Part shown: in pieces, positions 1-13,674 of the stretch
Numbering within the stretch: the first letter of the stretch is position 1
Layout of the letters: every line of letters starts with the position of its first letter
Assembly: GCA_002269645.1 (NCBI GenBank)
Contig: NIVC01000545.1
Location: 62,001 to 126,000 of the forward strand
Direction: 5' to 3'
DNA length: 64,000 nt
Source of the DNA: Macrostomum lignano
Lineage: Eukaryota
Notes under the pieces: generated by a model
The model's input: the letters and a program-made list of their open reading frames with translations, nothing else
The model's database searches: none
What the model was told of the DNA's origin: nothing
Program-made: the position numbers and the translations under genes

Positions 1-1482
1 AATAAAGCCAAGGACCTTTTTGCATTACTTTTTTGTTTTGACTTATTTTCCATGGCATAGATACTATTGTCCTAGGGGTTTACTTCTGTCTCTAATACAA
101 TGCCACCAAAAGCTGTCACAGGGCTAATTTACTAATCTTTTAAGTGTTCTTCTTAGGTTGGTAGCTGCCACCAAGATTATTCTATTAACAAATTATGAGT
201 TTATTTATATTAGAATAATCTGAGAAATGTTTCTTAGAATAGGTCTGAGTATTTAGTCTGAGTATTTAGTCTGAGTATTAGTCTGAGTATTAATCTGAGT
301 ATTATTCTTAGAAAAACTATTAACCCTGAAAGATTTTACTCTTCTGATTATTCTGGTAGCGTTCTAGTATACTGGTAGCGTTCTACTTAATAATGGCCTG
401 AGCGGTATTTTGGCTTACTGGTATATGTATTTTATGTACTTTGCTAGTCCTTGGGCGTTACCGAGATTAGAGGGTCACAGCCTTTTCAATACTGTATATG
501 TATTCCCGAGATCTTCTTTGTTTCACTTCGATCTCCTTGGTATTCTGCGTATCAGTAGTATCTGTGGTATGATTTACTTCCACTTTACTCTTCGAATCAA
601 AAATTTACTAAGTCTTGAAAAGATTTCTAAGTAACAGTTTAAAGCTCAACAAGTAGCGAGACTTGAGACCAACTTAGGAACAGGCAATTAGCCAAGTTGG
701 TGGCTCTCTGGCCAGATCCTGTCTATTTATACTATTTTAAGACTTGATCAGTATTAATTTTGATATATGCAGTATTAAAACAAATAGGGCTAAAATTAGT
801 TTTCGGTTTAAAAATACATACAAATTTTACATGAATATTATTATTAAACATTGGAAGATTAAAACAAATAATATGTGAATATTATTCTTGAGTGATTAAA
901 CTCGAGATTATTATTGACGAAATTATTTACAAAAACTATTATTATTACTATTAGTAGCATTAAGCGCTTGCACACTATATAGTACTGACCATGGTATCAT
1001 GCATTATTAATTTGTTACCTTTTTATATATGTAACACTGCTATGCAAAGCATACCAAAAAACTTTGCCAACTCCTTGATGCATGCCATGTACATAGTAGG
1101 CCTACTAAACTGTCTAGGACCTTAATGCAATATAAGAATTTTCCTTTTAAAACAATATCTTTGGAAGTATAGTATAATATATTAAAAACCTAAATTATTC
1201 AATTAGAAAAAGCAATATATAACATAATTATATAAAAATTATATTAGAGACCTAGCTTTGTAATAGAAATTAATGCTAATATAATTAATAAAAATATTTG
1301 TTAAGCCTATTATACAAAAACTAATTTTTTCCTTGAAATATAAAAGTAAACATAAATATAATATACTTACAAATTATCATCAAATGTGTTAGGCCTACTT
1401 GATCTCATTTGTTTTTATTTAACTTAGGACCTAACCACTTGACTTGGTATTAAGAAATATAATAAAAAATCTTGATTTTGAG

Positions 1483-4400
1483 TAGAGGTCGGACGAGCAA
1501 AAATTTTTGGGTCGGGCGTGAGTAGTCGTGAATAATTTCAGCTTTGCCGTGATCGTGATCGTGATCGTGATTGGTTCGTGAAAAATTAAAAGTAAAAAAT
1601 TTCCGTTCAAATTTTGTTTTTTTTTCTTCAAATTTGAATTTTTCTATCAGTTAATGTGTTTGATTCTATTTTTAAGTGCTTCTATACCATCAGCTTATAC
1701 CATCTGCATCTGCCCATCTGGCTTTCTTCTCTGGTTGAGAAGGAACTCAGAGTCTGGCTGAGAAGTAAGAAGTTCTTACTTCTTAGACATTTGTGTTGCT
1801 TTTTGGCTTTCTCAAAGCTCAAACTAAGCTGAAAGCTGTAACTATTTAGTATTTTTATTTTTAAATTTTTAATTTAAAAGTAGTATTTGCTACTATTACT
1901 ATTTTAGAATTTAGTATTAAATAAATAGTTAAAACAAAAATTTCATTTCATTTTGATCATGAATTTGCATATTTGAGTTTTTCTTTCTTCTTATTATTTT
2001 TATACTATAATAATGTATAAATAGATTAGATACTATACAGATAGATAGTAGATACTAGAGCATAATTTTATAATCTGATTGTCTAATAGTTATTTAGTAA
2101 TTATAATTTATAACTAATAATTTTTAATATATAAGCATAGTATTTTTTTACTAAAATAAATTGCTGTAAATTAAAAATTAAGGTTGACTAAGTCTAAGTA
2201 CTAAGTAGCAAATATACTTGATGGATATGCTAAATTAAATTGTTATTTGCTATTGTTATTGTCATTTGTTAATAGTAATAATAATAGTCAAACACAAATA
2301 TTAAATACTTTTTCTTCTTGAATTGAATTGAATAATGAATAATATTCAATATTCAATATAGTATTAAGTTTATTAACTATTATGTACTAGTACTATCATG
2401 TGGTACACTGGTATATTGAATATGTATGCCTGATTGCCTGATGCATAGTAGTATATTTCTAATCTATATGGTTAGTCTAAAAATATTTTTTTCTAGCCTA
2501 TTTGACTTTAAAGTCTGTAGTGACTTTACATTTACACTATACTGCTATACTATGCAATATTTTATTTAAAATATAAATAAATATTTTAATTTAAAATAAT
2601 ATAATACTTGTTTTTTCTTTGCTTTTCTACCTAGCAAATTAAAATAGGCAATTACACAATATTACATTACAATTTACAATTTACAAATCAAACAATTTCA
2701 GCCATTCATTTGCAATGGCCTCTGTTGATAAGCCAACCCAGCAACCTCGAGGAAGAGGCAGTGCTGTGTGGTTGTACTTTAAAGACGTTGAAGGAAAAGA
2801 GAATTCTGCTGCTTGCCTAGCTTGTAAGAAGGAGGTTCTACGAAACACAGGATCAACAGGCAGCATGCGAAGACACATAGAATCCTGCCATCCAATTCAA
2901 TTCAAAGAGCTCCTAAACACTGAGGCAGATCGTGCAAAGCCAAAATGTAAAGATGGACCACAACCATTGAAGCAGCAGAAGTTGAGCACAATGTTTGCTC
3001 AAGCAAATGCTCAAGAATGGTCGGATTCGCACCCTCGTTCGGTTGCAATTGATCGAAAAATTCTCCGCTTTATTGTGTTGGATTCACAGCCATTCTCTGT
3101 GGTAGAAGGTGAAGGCTTTCGCGATCTGTTGAAAGAAGCATGTCCGCAATATCGATTGAAGAGCACTCGATTTTATCATGACAAGCTAGAGACTCTCTAT
3201 GAAGAAATTAAATTGCAGGTCCAGGACGAAATAGACAGACTGCGAGATTTCGGTTTCACGTGTGACTTGTGGAGTGACGGCCAGTTGGCACTCATGTCCT
3301 TCACAATCCATTCTATCACGCCAGATTTTGAGCGTAAGCAGCTTTTACTGTGCGTAAAGCCATTCACTGATGCCCATACTGGGCTTAACATCTCGGCCGT
3401 TTTTTCGACAACCCTTGGTGAGTGGGGCATTGGCTTAGAGCAAGTCAGCCTCCTCCTGCGTGATGGGGCCAGCAACATGAAGCTTGCAGGAGAACTTCTG
3501 AAAGTACCATCTGCCCATTGTGCTGCCCACAAGCTGAACCTTGTTGTTAAGGATTCCATCTCCGGTCATCGAGGACTGAAGACAATACTTGACAAAGCAC
3601 GGAGCATTGTTGGCCACTTCCACCACTCTGTAACCGCTCAAGCAAACCTCAAAACACTGCAGCTCCAGCTGAAGCTACCAACACACAGCCTCGTGCAAGA
3701 TGTAGACACACGCTGGAATTCAACACTAGCCATGTTACGCCGAATCAACGAGCAAGAGGAAGCGTTTAGTGTCTATCGCACCAGACACCGACCAATTGAA
3801 ATCCTGACGGACAATGAGTCAGATGTTTCAAAGAAAGCTGTCAAACTTCTTGAGATTTTTTAGGTTTTTACGCTAGAAGTCAGCAGGGAAACTGCCAGCA
3901 TCTCGTGTATCTTGCCGATGGTGAAAGTGTCGCTGGAGCATCTGCAGCAGGTAGACTGCTTTGGCATCACGTACCTTCGAGACGACCTGGTGAAAGGGTT
4001 GACTCAACGCTTCTCTGACGAAAAAAAGAGTCACCACCACATTGTTGCTACGATGTTAGACCCACGCTTCCGGCTAGATTTTTTCGATGAAGAGCAGCGC
4101 AACTTTGCTAAGGCTGAGCTCGTAAAAGCAATGAATGAAATTTTGCGTGAAACTTCTCTTCCTACTGTTGATGGCGATACAGCCATAGACGAGGACCTCT
4201 CCGATGTATCTATCGAAACTGAGCCGTGAGTATTTCCTCTATTTCATAATTCAATGTACATGTACATGTAACAAAAAAATTAAATTATAAATTACATTTG
4301 CTACATCTGTAAGTTATAAATTTTATAACTAATATATCAAAGTTCTCTTTGTTTTAACTTTTAACTTTTAATTTCACCTTTTTAGACAAACTGAGTCTCA

Positions 4401-5713
4401 GCCTCAGCAGCTATCTATGTCAGCCCTGTTCGAGAAGTCTTCTACTTCTAGTGCTGCAGCTGCAACTCTGCGTGACCTGTCTAGGGCCGGAACGCTACTG
4501 CCAGTTTCAAACAGAGGCAATGCTATGGACAAGTTGGCTCGTGAAATGGCAGCCTACCTATCAGAGCCTCGACTTCCATTTGAGGAAGACCCAATGAAGT
4601 TCTGGAGAGACAAGACTCCATCAACTGCAATGTCAGCACTTGTTCGGAAATTTCTGGGACCACCACCTACCAGTGTTCCAAGTGAGCGTATCTTCAGCAA
4701 CGTTGGAAACATCTACGAGCCGAAACGACGTCGCCTGCTTGGCGAAACCGTTGAAAAGCTTGTTTTTATTAACTATAATGTTCGGAAGTTTGACCCATAG
4801 AGAAATGAGCAGGGTCCATTCAATTCATTGCTGTTATTGCTGATTAGTGATTAGTTTTACTTTTTTGAAGATTGAGATCAGAGAGACAAGATAATGATAG
4901 AGAAAATAAATAATCAAAGACTATAGAACAAGTAGAGTTGGAGCTACAAGAAAAAGTTTATCGATAAGGAATAGATAACTGTTGCTATAGTGTGTAGCTG
5001 TGTACTCTGTAGTCTGTAGACTCTGTAGTATGATTTTTTGCATGTAGCTAGTATAGTATAGATTAGACTTAAATTAGTCATTGTAATAACACTATATGTG
5101 TAGAACGTAAAAGTAAAGTAGTAAACCTACATGTACTCTTTTATACTTCATATTCATACACTGATAAGCTTTTCTGTTTTTCACTTTTCACTGTTTTCAG
5201 TTCTGTAGGCAGCTAAGCAAGTTAACAAACACTTGTCTGTACATGTCATGTACTATCATCGTATCATGTAGTGAAATTTATATACAGTCATACATATATA
5301 CAATTTATATTTTCATTCAGTGCTTTTCAGTTTTAATTTTACATTTTACAAAATAAACAAAAGATTGAAAAGAATAAGGCAGTAAGCTTTGAACTTCGAA
5401 AATCCACTTTAACTTCGAACTTTCTGAACTAAGTAAAGTAAACTGAAAACTCTATTCTGTAAGTTTTGTGTTAAAACACATTCGTTGTATTTGAAAAGAA
5501 AAACAAAAACCAAGTAAGTCTACATTTAGGACTGTACACGATTGTGGTTTGGGGAACTGAAAAGTATAAACATAGTAACATCTGAAGCTGAAAGAAACCC
5601 ACAATCACGATCACGCACGTGAAAAATGTTTCACGACTCGTGAATTCACGACACTGAAAAAGGTCGTGAATTCACGATATCGTGATCACGATCGTGATCA
5701 CGTCCTACCCCTA
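1483..5713 (+). mobile_element. Complete hAT (Ac-like) DNA transposon
   Basis: TIRs TAGAGGTCGGACG (1483-1495) and CGTCCTACCCCTA (5701-5713), 11/13 match; perfect 8-bp TSD ATTTTGAG at 1475-1482 and 5714-5721; subterminal CGTGAT/ATCACG clusters at both ends; internal transposase. Confidence 0.95.
2715..4800 (+). pseudogene. hAT transposase (BED zinc finger, DDE core, C-terminal dimerisation domain), 2 exons 2715-4225 + 4386-4800, with in-frame TAG at 3861-3863
   Basis: Motifs AVWLYF..C..C..H, TCDLWS, RDGASNM, CAAHKLNL, DTRWNST, PPTSVPSERIFS. Frame continues past the TAG (IF*VFTLEVSRETASISCILPMV). GT-AG intron 4226-4385 joins ...ETEP to QTESQ... in frame. Confidence 0.9.
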
Positions 5714-6578
5714 ATTTTGAGTAGGCCTTATAACTTATTTATAAGAAAAATAAGGTGAAATTAAATAGCCTAATCAATTTTTGAATATCATGTTAAATAA
5801 TCATGAGAAATCTAGGCCTATAAGATTTTATATTATAATTTTGTTTAATAATTTTTAAATAAGCCAAGCCCTAGGGCCTAATATTAGGGCCTATATTGTT
5901 AAACTAGATGTTAAGATTCTTATAATTGTTATGATTAAATCCAACATTCAAGGCTAGCTTAGCAAAGGCAAGGTTATTAAATTCAAGGTCAAAGTTAATA
6001 AACCTAAGGCTTAGCCTAATTTAGAATGCTAGGCTCAAAGCCATTTAATGACTTAAAATTTGAAGACCAGTGGCAGTGTCTAAAATAAAAGTGAAACATT
6101 TAAAATAATTAATATGCTTAATTTGTCATTATTTGACAGAATAGGGATGGCCTTGCCCTTAGTAGGCCTAGGCTTACTAGGGCTTAATCTGAGATCATTT
6201 TTACAATTAAGGCTTTTTTTTATTCTAAAAGATTAAAATCAAGGAAACTTGGAAGCAGAGAAGCAGTAAACAAAAAACGAAGTTAGCATACAAAAGATTT
6301 AACCTGCAACTTAGGCCTAGCTTAGCTTTGACTATCTAGACTAGAGCTAGGTCATCCTAGGCTAGGCCTAGTAAATAAATTTGGAAGTTAAAACTAAATA
6401 ACTAACCTAGATAACAAGTGACGTTTTTTTCAGAATTGATTTGATCAAATGATGGGGCGGCTGGTTTTATGTTTAATTTTTATTATGTTTTATTGAATTA
6501 ATTAATCAAAATACAATTACCTATCCTACTATGGCTTCCTCTTATTCCCGTGCTGGAAAATTTAGAGCTCGGACCCTC

Positions 6579-9500
6579 GGGTCGTTCTCAAAGCTAGGTC
6601 ACAACTTTTTGTAATTGCAAAAAAAGTTTATACATCGACCAATAATCGTACAAAAAAAATTATTTCGACAATTTCTGTAAGAAGCTGCTACTAAAACCAC
6701 AAGAAAACTTGAAATTGAGAAGAAATCAAGGCTATTTGTTATTCTTTGTTGCGGAAAATAAACGACAAAAATATTGAAGAGAAAATAAAATTTTCTTCTA
6801 TTTTTATTTTAAATATGCAGTTAAATTTCTTTTGCAAAAATAAAAGAACAAGAAATTGACAAAGGAAATGTTTTTGAGCACAGCATTTTGTTACTCTGCT
6901 CTAAATCCCAGACATTTAAAATTATCGTGTGCGAAAAAGTGCGAAATTATTATAGCATGCACTCGAAAGGACTTCGATCAGTTTAACTAATCACTGAATT
7001 AAGAAGTCTAAATAAGTCTTGAAAGGTTAAATTAAAAATCAAGTTTTCACTATGTATCTTTTCAAAGTCAAGATGATTCGACAAATAAAGAATGTTCATT
7101 TTTACGGTGAATAGAATTGTTCATTTTTACATTAAATATAATAAAATCTAACTAATAATAGAAAAAGTCAGGGAACTATCCTTGAACACCAAAAAGCACA
7201 TTGTGGATTTAATATCAACTGCATGTTCCTTAATAAAGGAATTCGGATTCTAGTATATATTTGATTATTTGCAGCATAATTTCTGAAAACTATAACTTGC
7301 TTGATTTTACTTTAAGTACTTATTACATTAATACTTATACCAAAGCTACATGTACTTAAAATAAAAAATTATAGTTACTTATTAGACATTTTACTCCAAT
7401 TAACTTAAAATTATTCAAATTTATTTTAATTAATTCATTTTTTGAAACTTTTTGGAAAATAGACAAAATTGAATTATTTAATTACCAAAAACCTACTAGC
7501 TTAACTAAAATAGCAATTAGTCTTTAAGAAAAGATTTCACTTGTTAATTGAGAAAAATGAGGATGTGCGAGGTGTAAAAATGCGAAAGAGCATGCAGGAA
7601 ACAGAGACAAACAAAAATGTAGGTAAAAGACACTGCACATGCACATAATATGATGACCAGACATAATGCGCACACTGAAACACCAGTAGCAATGACGCCC
7701 AAGCTTTTGATGATCACAAGCGAAAAGGCAAAACCCAGCCATCAATCAAAGAAGTAGACTTTAGCACGCATCTTGAGTGCATCACGCATTTTTTGCAGAG
7801 AAGCTCGAAAATTAACATTGTATTCTGTGCACAACCACCAACTGCGACAGGGTCTGCCGGGGGATTTGTGGGCATGCGGTCGCGGATACAAATCGGAGGA
7901 GTCGCTGACCATTCTGAAATTACTAGCTAGTACATGTAATTTTGTGTATTAATATATTTAGCCCGCTTTATTTCTATGCCGCCTCTCGTTAATGCATCCC
8001 CAGACTCTTGCAATAATCAAACTTATGATCGACCTATGCATGGCTTCCGTCCCTCGCTTTGAATCTCTCACCTCCCCATAGTTCCATCAACCTTACCTTA
8101 GTGGCTTCCTATGCAAAAATCATCCCTCCGCATCTTACACAGGCTACTTCAGGCTGTAGACTGTACTACACTTTTACTTCAGTAATTAGTTGCGCTATAA
8201 GGAATCTACATGTATTTTGCTCGCAGCGCAGCGCGCTGCTCAAAGAAGTTTAGTTCTATCTAGATATTCTAGTAATTTCAGGTTTGTCCATAGACTAGAG
8301 CTCATGAGATGAGAATTCCATTAACTAGTACATTTAATATGAATGAACTGCGTGTGTGTGTGCTGTGCATACATATGTATAATATACGAGTAGTTTATGG
8401 GCCAAATTATTGTGTGGCACAATTCTTGGCATCACTCAGCAGGCACAAGATGCAGTTAAGCAGCGCACGAAAATTCTACAAAAGAAATTGAGCCTGGTTG
8501 AGGTGATGCGAGGAGGCAGATCCACACAATCTCAGTGAATACACCAGACTGCACCAGATACGAGTCCAGTCGAATTTGCGCACTGGTCTAAGCAGCACAC
8601 GCATGTCCTTCTGACAATGACGGCACCTAGCTTCGTCCAAGCCTTTGCCAGCGTCACTGACAGCGTCAATACTACCATGTAGTGCCACCTGCAGCACCGA
8701 CAACGGCAATTCCTCCAGTTAGCCCACCACAGTGGCTAAACTGAGGGACAGGGAACCTACCCACAGAAGACACACACATACACACACAGCACCGGCAGCA
8801 GCACTCTGACAGCATAACCTGAAGCTCCATGAGCTCAGTTTTCAAGCATTGAAGAAACAGAAGCAGTCATCTTGGATCCAGGGATCAGGAAGAGTGTTGC
8901 ATGTCCGACATGTGCTGTTTCCGTGGCAAAAGGTGATGGAGCAAATTAATCAACACTTACTATCTAGCTCGTATTAAGACTAAAAAACTGAAGCAAGCTG
9001 GGATTAAACCAAAGAAAATTTTTTACTATACTTTTTTACCATACTTTTACTATACTTCTATAGTATAGTAGAGAGGTACTCTATTTAAATGCAGTAAGAA
9101 GTGAAACAAATTTATATATTTAATTATTAAATTAAATTAATTCAAGGTAAATAACTAATTTAACCAATTTATTAAGAGTATTTATTATTATAATAAATTG
9201 ATTTTTATACCTTACACGAAATAAGCTCTACATTCATTTCTTAGCTTGGGGCCCATCTGTATAAAGTCAGTTTCTTCAAAATGCTGATTAATTAATTAAG
9301 GCCTGTTGTCTTTACTTAAATTTATAAGGGCATCTTAGAAGTTAATATTACTATATAATACATTTATAATAGTATTACTATATTATAATAATATAGTTGC
9401 AATTTTAATGACTATTGAATAAGTTTAAATGCTTCCCCTATTGACTCTAAATATATGGTATCTTTCCCTTCAGAAAAAATTAGCATAGAATGACTTGATG

Positions 9501-10378
9501 AAAACAAAAAAAATCATTTCGAGATACACATTTGCTGATCATTCAGGTCAAATTTCAAGGTCCAGTTTTGCACATGTTTCTCTGTAGCTTGGTTACAAGG
9601 ATTTTAATAAAAATATAGTAAATATGTCCAATGAACTAACTGATACATAGCCAAATTGAAGTATTTTCAAAAACAAAAAAAATCATTTGCTCAGTTTACT
9701 TTACTGGATATCTTTGTAAAATTTCAGCTCAAAAGGTGCTCCATGGAGAATGCTAGTGTGGTTACAGGATATTTATTTTGTGCTTCAAAGTAGGAGTTTA
9801 TTGCGATGCATGGTTGCTTTTAATTATTTTTATCAACAATAGTGCTCTATTTCATAACAATTTTTTACAAAAAGATAATAAGGCATGTTTTTCTAATTAT
9901 CTGCATCAAAATGTATCATTTTAAGCACGCATTCTAGACGTCAGCCGAAAAATACATTTTGTGAGACGCAAAGAGGCTATCCCACCGGAAATGCTAGGCG
10001 TACAGTTAAGCGTCTATAAAATCATTTGTAGTGCAGTTTATTGAGCTTTAAAAAATTCTTAAATTAAATTTATATAAGCTTTCATTTTAAATGTAATATA
10101 GCAAGGTTTCAACACAACAACAACTTTTTTTAGCTACAGACATCTTGTAGTATCAAAAATTAACATCGGTGAAATGATTGAATTTGAATTTTTTTCATCG
10201 CTAATTATCGCTTAATACCGCCAGATGATTAAAAACACTTTTGTATGATAAAGTTCAACCCAAAAATTATCTTTATTGACAGATAAAAGTGTCCTATTAT
10301 TTTCAATATGGCAGTAACAATAGTAAATGTTCGGAAAATTGTTAAAATTTTGCTCCTCCTAGAATTTGCGAACGACCC
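6579..10378. mobile_element. Possible old non-coding TIR element
   Basis: GGGTCGTTCTCAAAGCTAGG at 6579 vs reverse complement of CCTAGAATTTGCGAACGACCC ending 10378; CCTC flanks both sides (6575-6578, 10379-10382). Confidence 0.35.
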
Positions 10379-11025
10379 CCTCCCGAAACGACGAGGCAAG
10401 CTTGCCTGTAGTCTCAAAAAGATTGCGACCGATAAAAAGCTCTGAACAATTTTGTATTACCGCATTATAAGAATGGATTCAATTATGGAAGCTGTTATAG
10501 AAAATATGTTTAAAATTTCTATTCATTTTCATAAAAAATTGTTCAACTTATAACAGTTCTCTAAAATAGAAAACTGTATATATGTACCTTATATTGGCAC
10601 TTATTTAAATCTGCTCTAGTATGCCCGCTCGTCTCGCAAGATGACAAAGAACTTGATCAAAAAATAAATAAGAATACGGATACGCTATCTGCAAAATAAA
10701 TTGTTCCTAAATAGTTATTGATCTATCGCTGTCGATCAACAAGTTTTTAAGTTTATCCGTTTGTAAGTTTTACGCCTTCCATTATGCTACATGTGCATAT
10801 ATGTACGTTTCGCACTTCATCGATAGAAGAAGCAAGTTGAAAAAATTAAGATGCGCGTAAATACATTCAAGAGGATCGCGGTGCAACATTGACTTTCATT
10901 TATTTAACAATACACTCGTAGCTATAAAAGCTTTTACTGACTTTTAGGAGTACCGCGCTGTGGGAACAACACGTACGACAGCTGGAAAGAGATCAGTAAA
11001 AAACACAACTAAAAATTGGTTTAAA

Positions 11026-11680
11026 ATGTCCTGCAACCCAGAAAAACAGAAAAAGACAAAAGGAATTCTTAAGCATCGTGGAAGTTTTGAACCATGTACA
11101 GTTTCGGCACCAGAAGGCATCAGCAATCAACCATGCAGCTATAAGACTGCCGCCTACTACTGATCAAGGTGACGAAAATGCCGGCGCCAGTGCAGATGCC
11201 GTTCCAGCATTCTCTAAGAGTCAATGTCTGCGGGCACCCGCCGATGCTCAGCGCAGGCGAACTAGCTTTAGCGAGGTGGCCATCATAGCTGCTGTTCCAG
11301 CTGCCCCCGTGGGCGTCAAGGCAGCCGCTACTGATGACGAAGACGTCGGCGACAGCGTCAGCGAGCAGTTTTTGCTTCTAAATGAGCATCTGCCACCGAC
11401 CGACGACCCGCATCACGACGCGGACGCGGAGGAGGTCGGCCTCACGGAAGAAGAGCGGCGACACCGGCGCGAGTTCCTCATGAAGCGGAAGCTGCACTGC
11501 CATCAGTACCAAGCGGCGGTGCAACTCCTGGCAAGCGGTTCGGTCGCCGAGGAGCTGCAGGAGGAAGCCGAAGATCAGCAGCAGGAAGCCGAAGCGCAGG
11601 CCGAGGCAACTCCTAGTCCAGTGGTGGTTGTGACTGAGCAGCCAGACTCCGATGAGGACCCGGTGAGGACTGCCAGCTAG
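11026..11680 (+). CDS. PPP1R2: Divergent protein phosphatase 1 inhibitor-2 (IPP-2) family protein; two frames joined by a candidate 43-nt intron (11096-11138) or a frameshift
   Basis: N-terminal KGILK motif and C-terminal GLTEEERRHRREFLMKRKLH, resembling I-2 LSPEEREKKRQFEMKRKLHYNE; acidic tail. Confidence 0.7.
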
Positions 11681-12578
11681 TTTCGAGGACTTCAAAATTC
11701 GGCTTTACTTCTTTGTTTCAAGTAATTTTGAGGGTCAAAATTAAACTTTAGAGTTAAATCGTGAAAATTAGAGAATTTTTTTTCTTTTTACTTTTTTTCA
11801 GTCACTTGCATCCATTTTGTCACCATTCATAACAACGAAAGGCAATATGTTTCACGTGTACGCTTCTGGCTTTCTGTTGTAATTTGCCTCATCGCACTCT
11901 GAGCGAATTGAAAACCAAGTATTTTAACATCACTTTTATTAGCTAACGCAAAGATCTGTATATCTGTATCTAACAACCCACAAAAGTATTTTTGAATCAT
12001 ATTTTAGCCTCTGTGTGCAGTTTTTTTCCCAGTTTTATTGGATTTTGAATATAGTTATAGAACTATCTAACCAATCACCCATGAATCTAATTCGTGTTTT
12101 TGTGCGGGTTCAATTCACTCGACATGTGCAGACAACAGAACTCTTGTAACTGAAAACTAAGATGCCGAGTTTTCCTGATTGTTTCTTATATTATTTCCTG
12201 TCACATAAAGCTGGGACGCCCCCCCCAACCCCCCGGAGGCAGATCGGATGGAGGTTGCTGCTGCGGCTGCTGCTGCCCCAGCTAAAGATTGGGTTGATTA
12301 TTATTCGCACACGTCTTGCGCCATGTCCAAGCTAAAATCAAATTATCTGTCCGCATCTGCATTACTGTGTGTCCATCTAATCTTGTGGGATTTTATTCAA
12401 TTAGGTGAGCTTTGTTATTGATTTCAAAATTTCATCTCTTCTCATTGCGGATCAACCGCGCGTCTTTTTTTAGTAAGCTGAGAACGAGAGGAAAATTAGA
12501 TGATTTTATTTGATACATGTAAATGGTACTGTGCGATCAAAATCAGTAAAGAAATACAAACTCAAGTTAAAATATATA

Positions 12579-13657
12579 TGTAAGAGTCACTTTTCTTTTG
12601 CCTATTATTTTATGTATACTGCCTTAATAAAATACGACTATTTTCTAAATCGCTTAAAACATCTTTGTGCCTACTTAAATAAATCTCTTATACCGTTAAT
12701 AGTAACTCCTAGTATTGTTTAGTAGCTCAAAGTATAACCTAGTGCTTTTATTAGTTTTAACGCGTACGCCATTTTTGTTATATTTTGTATATAAGCGAAA
12801 GAATAAACTGAAAGAGGAGCATCTTCTTCTTCTTCTTCGGCTGCTTAGCTTGATTTGCCTGGCTTGCCTTCAACCTCCTCCAGCCTATCTATAATTGAGG
12901 CTTGTAACTGAACATTGTTCTATAAATAGATCGGAATTGGTCTTAATCATTTAAAGGCGTTCCGCCTTCCCTCTTCCGTGGAGCCTTGAGTGCCCAGCAA
13001 TTCTCTCCCCCCGTTTTCCCCAGGACGTACAGTCCCGCCCGAGCGATCGCTCAAACCCCCCCTTCCCCAACAGAACAGGCGCTTCCCTCCCATTCCCTTC
13101 CCCTTTTGTAGACAGTCTGTCTGCACAGGTGTACAGCCTTATTCCCTCAGACTGATAGTCTGATCCTTGCCTATCTCCCATATCTATCAGGCGTACTGCC
13201 CTTTTACCGAAAGCGATATTAGACGCTCTGCCTATTCATGCTAGCATACCCTATTAGTTATTAGAAATTCCCCATTAGTGCGCCAGTTTCCCAGGCAACT
13301 CTAATCCACCGCGAAGCCCTTTACCCCCATCCATTTTCCTCGGACTGAATAGGAACTGTGTCTTGCCGCTCGGACACACCACGCCACCAGGAGCAACCTA
13401 CGGCTTACTCCTGCTAGTAGTATAAATTGCGAAGTTCGCCCCGAATTCTAAGGAAACCCGGAAAATTTCCAATAACCCTCGACCCCCCCCCCCCTTGCAA
13501 CAGATTTTGGTAGCAGCGTTGTGATTAAACCACAGGCAAAAGTTTACCCTACAACAGATTTGGTTGCAGAGGTGGGATTTTCTTAATAATAAACAGCCCT
13601 ATAACAAATTTGGTGTCAGCAATAGGAAAACTTCCCTCCCCCAAGACCCCTGTAACA
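12579..13657 (+). repeat. 5' LTR (1079 bp)
   Basis: TGTAAGAG...CCCTGTAACA; near-identical to 21023-22102. Confidence 0.97.
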
Positions 13658-13661
13658 AATT

Positions 13662-13674
13662 TGGTGGCAGCGGT
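13662..13674 (+). promoter_or_regulatory. Primer binding site, tRNA-Leu type
   Basis: TGGTGGCAGCGGT begins after a 4-nt spacer following the LTR end; complementary to the 3' end of eukaryotic tRNA-Leu(AAG/TAG) (...ACCGCTGCCA-CCA). Confidence 0.8.

Noticed and set aside
243-302. Five copies of AGTCTGAGTATT(T) as a regulatory array
   Set aside because: Ordinary short tandem repeat with no supporting context.
3840-3863. 24-nt GT-AG intron removing the transposase stop codon
   Set aside because: Implausibly short, and it would delete a conserved helix (VKLLEIF); a nonsense change is simpler.
12951-13181. 76-aa antisense ORF (also 21395-21625)
   Set aside because: Lies in the LTR, is duplicated only for that reason, and has no recognisable features.
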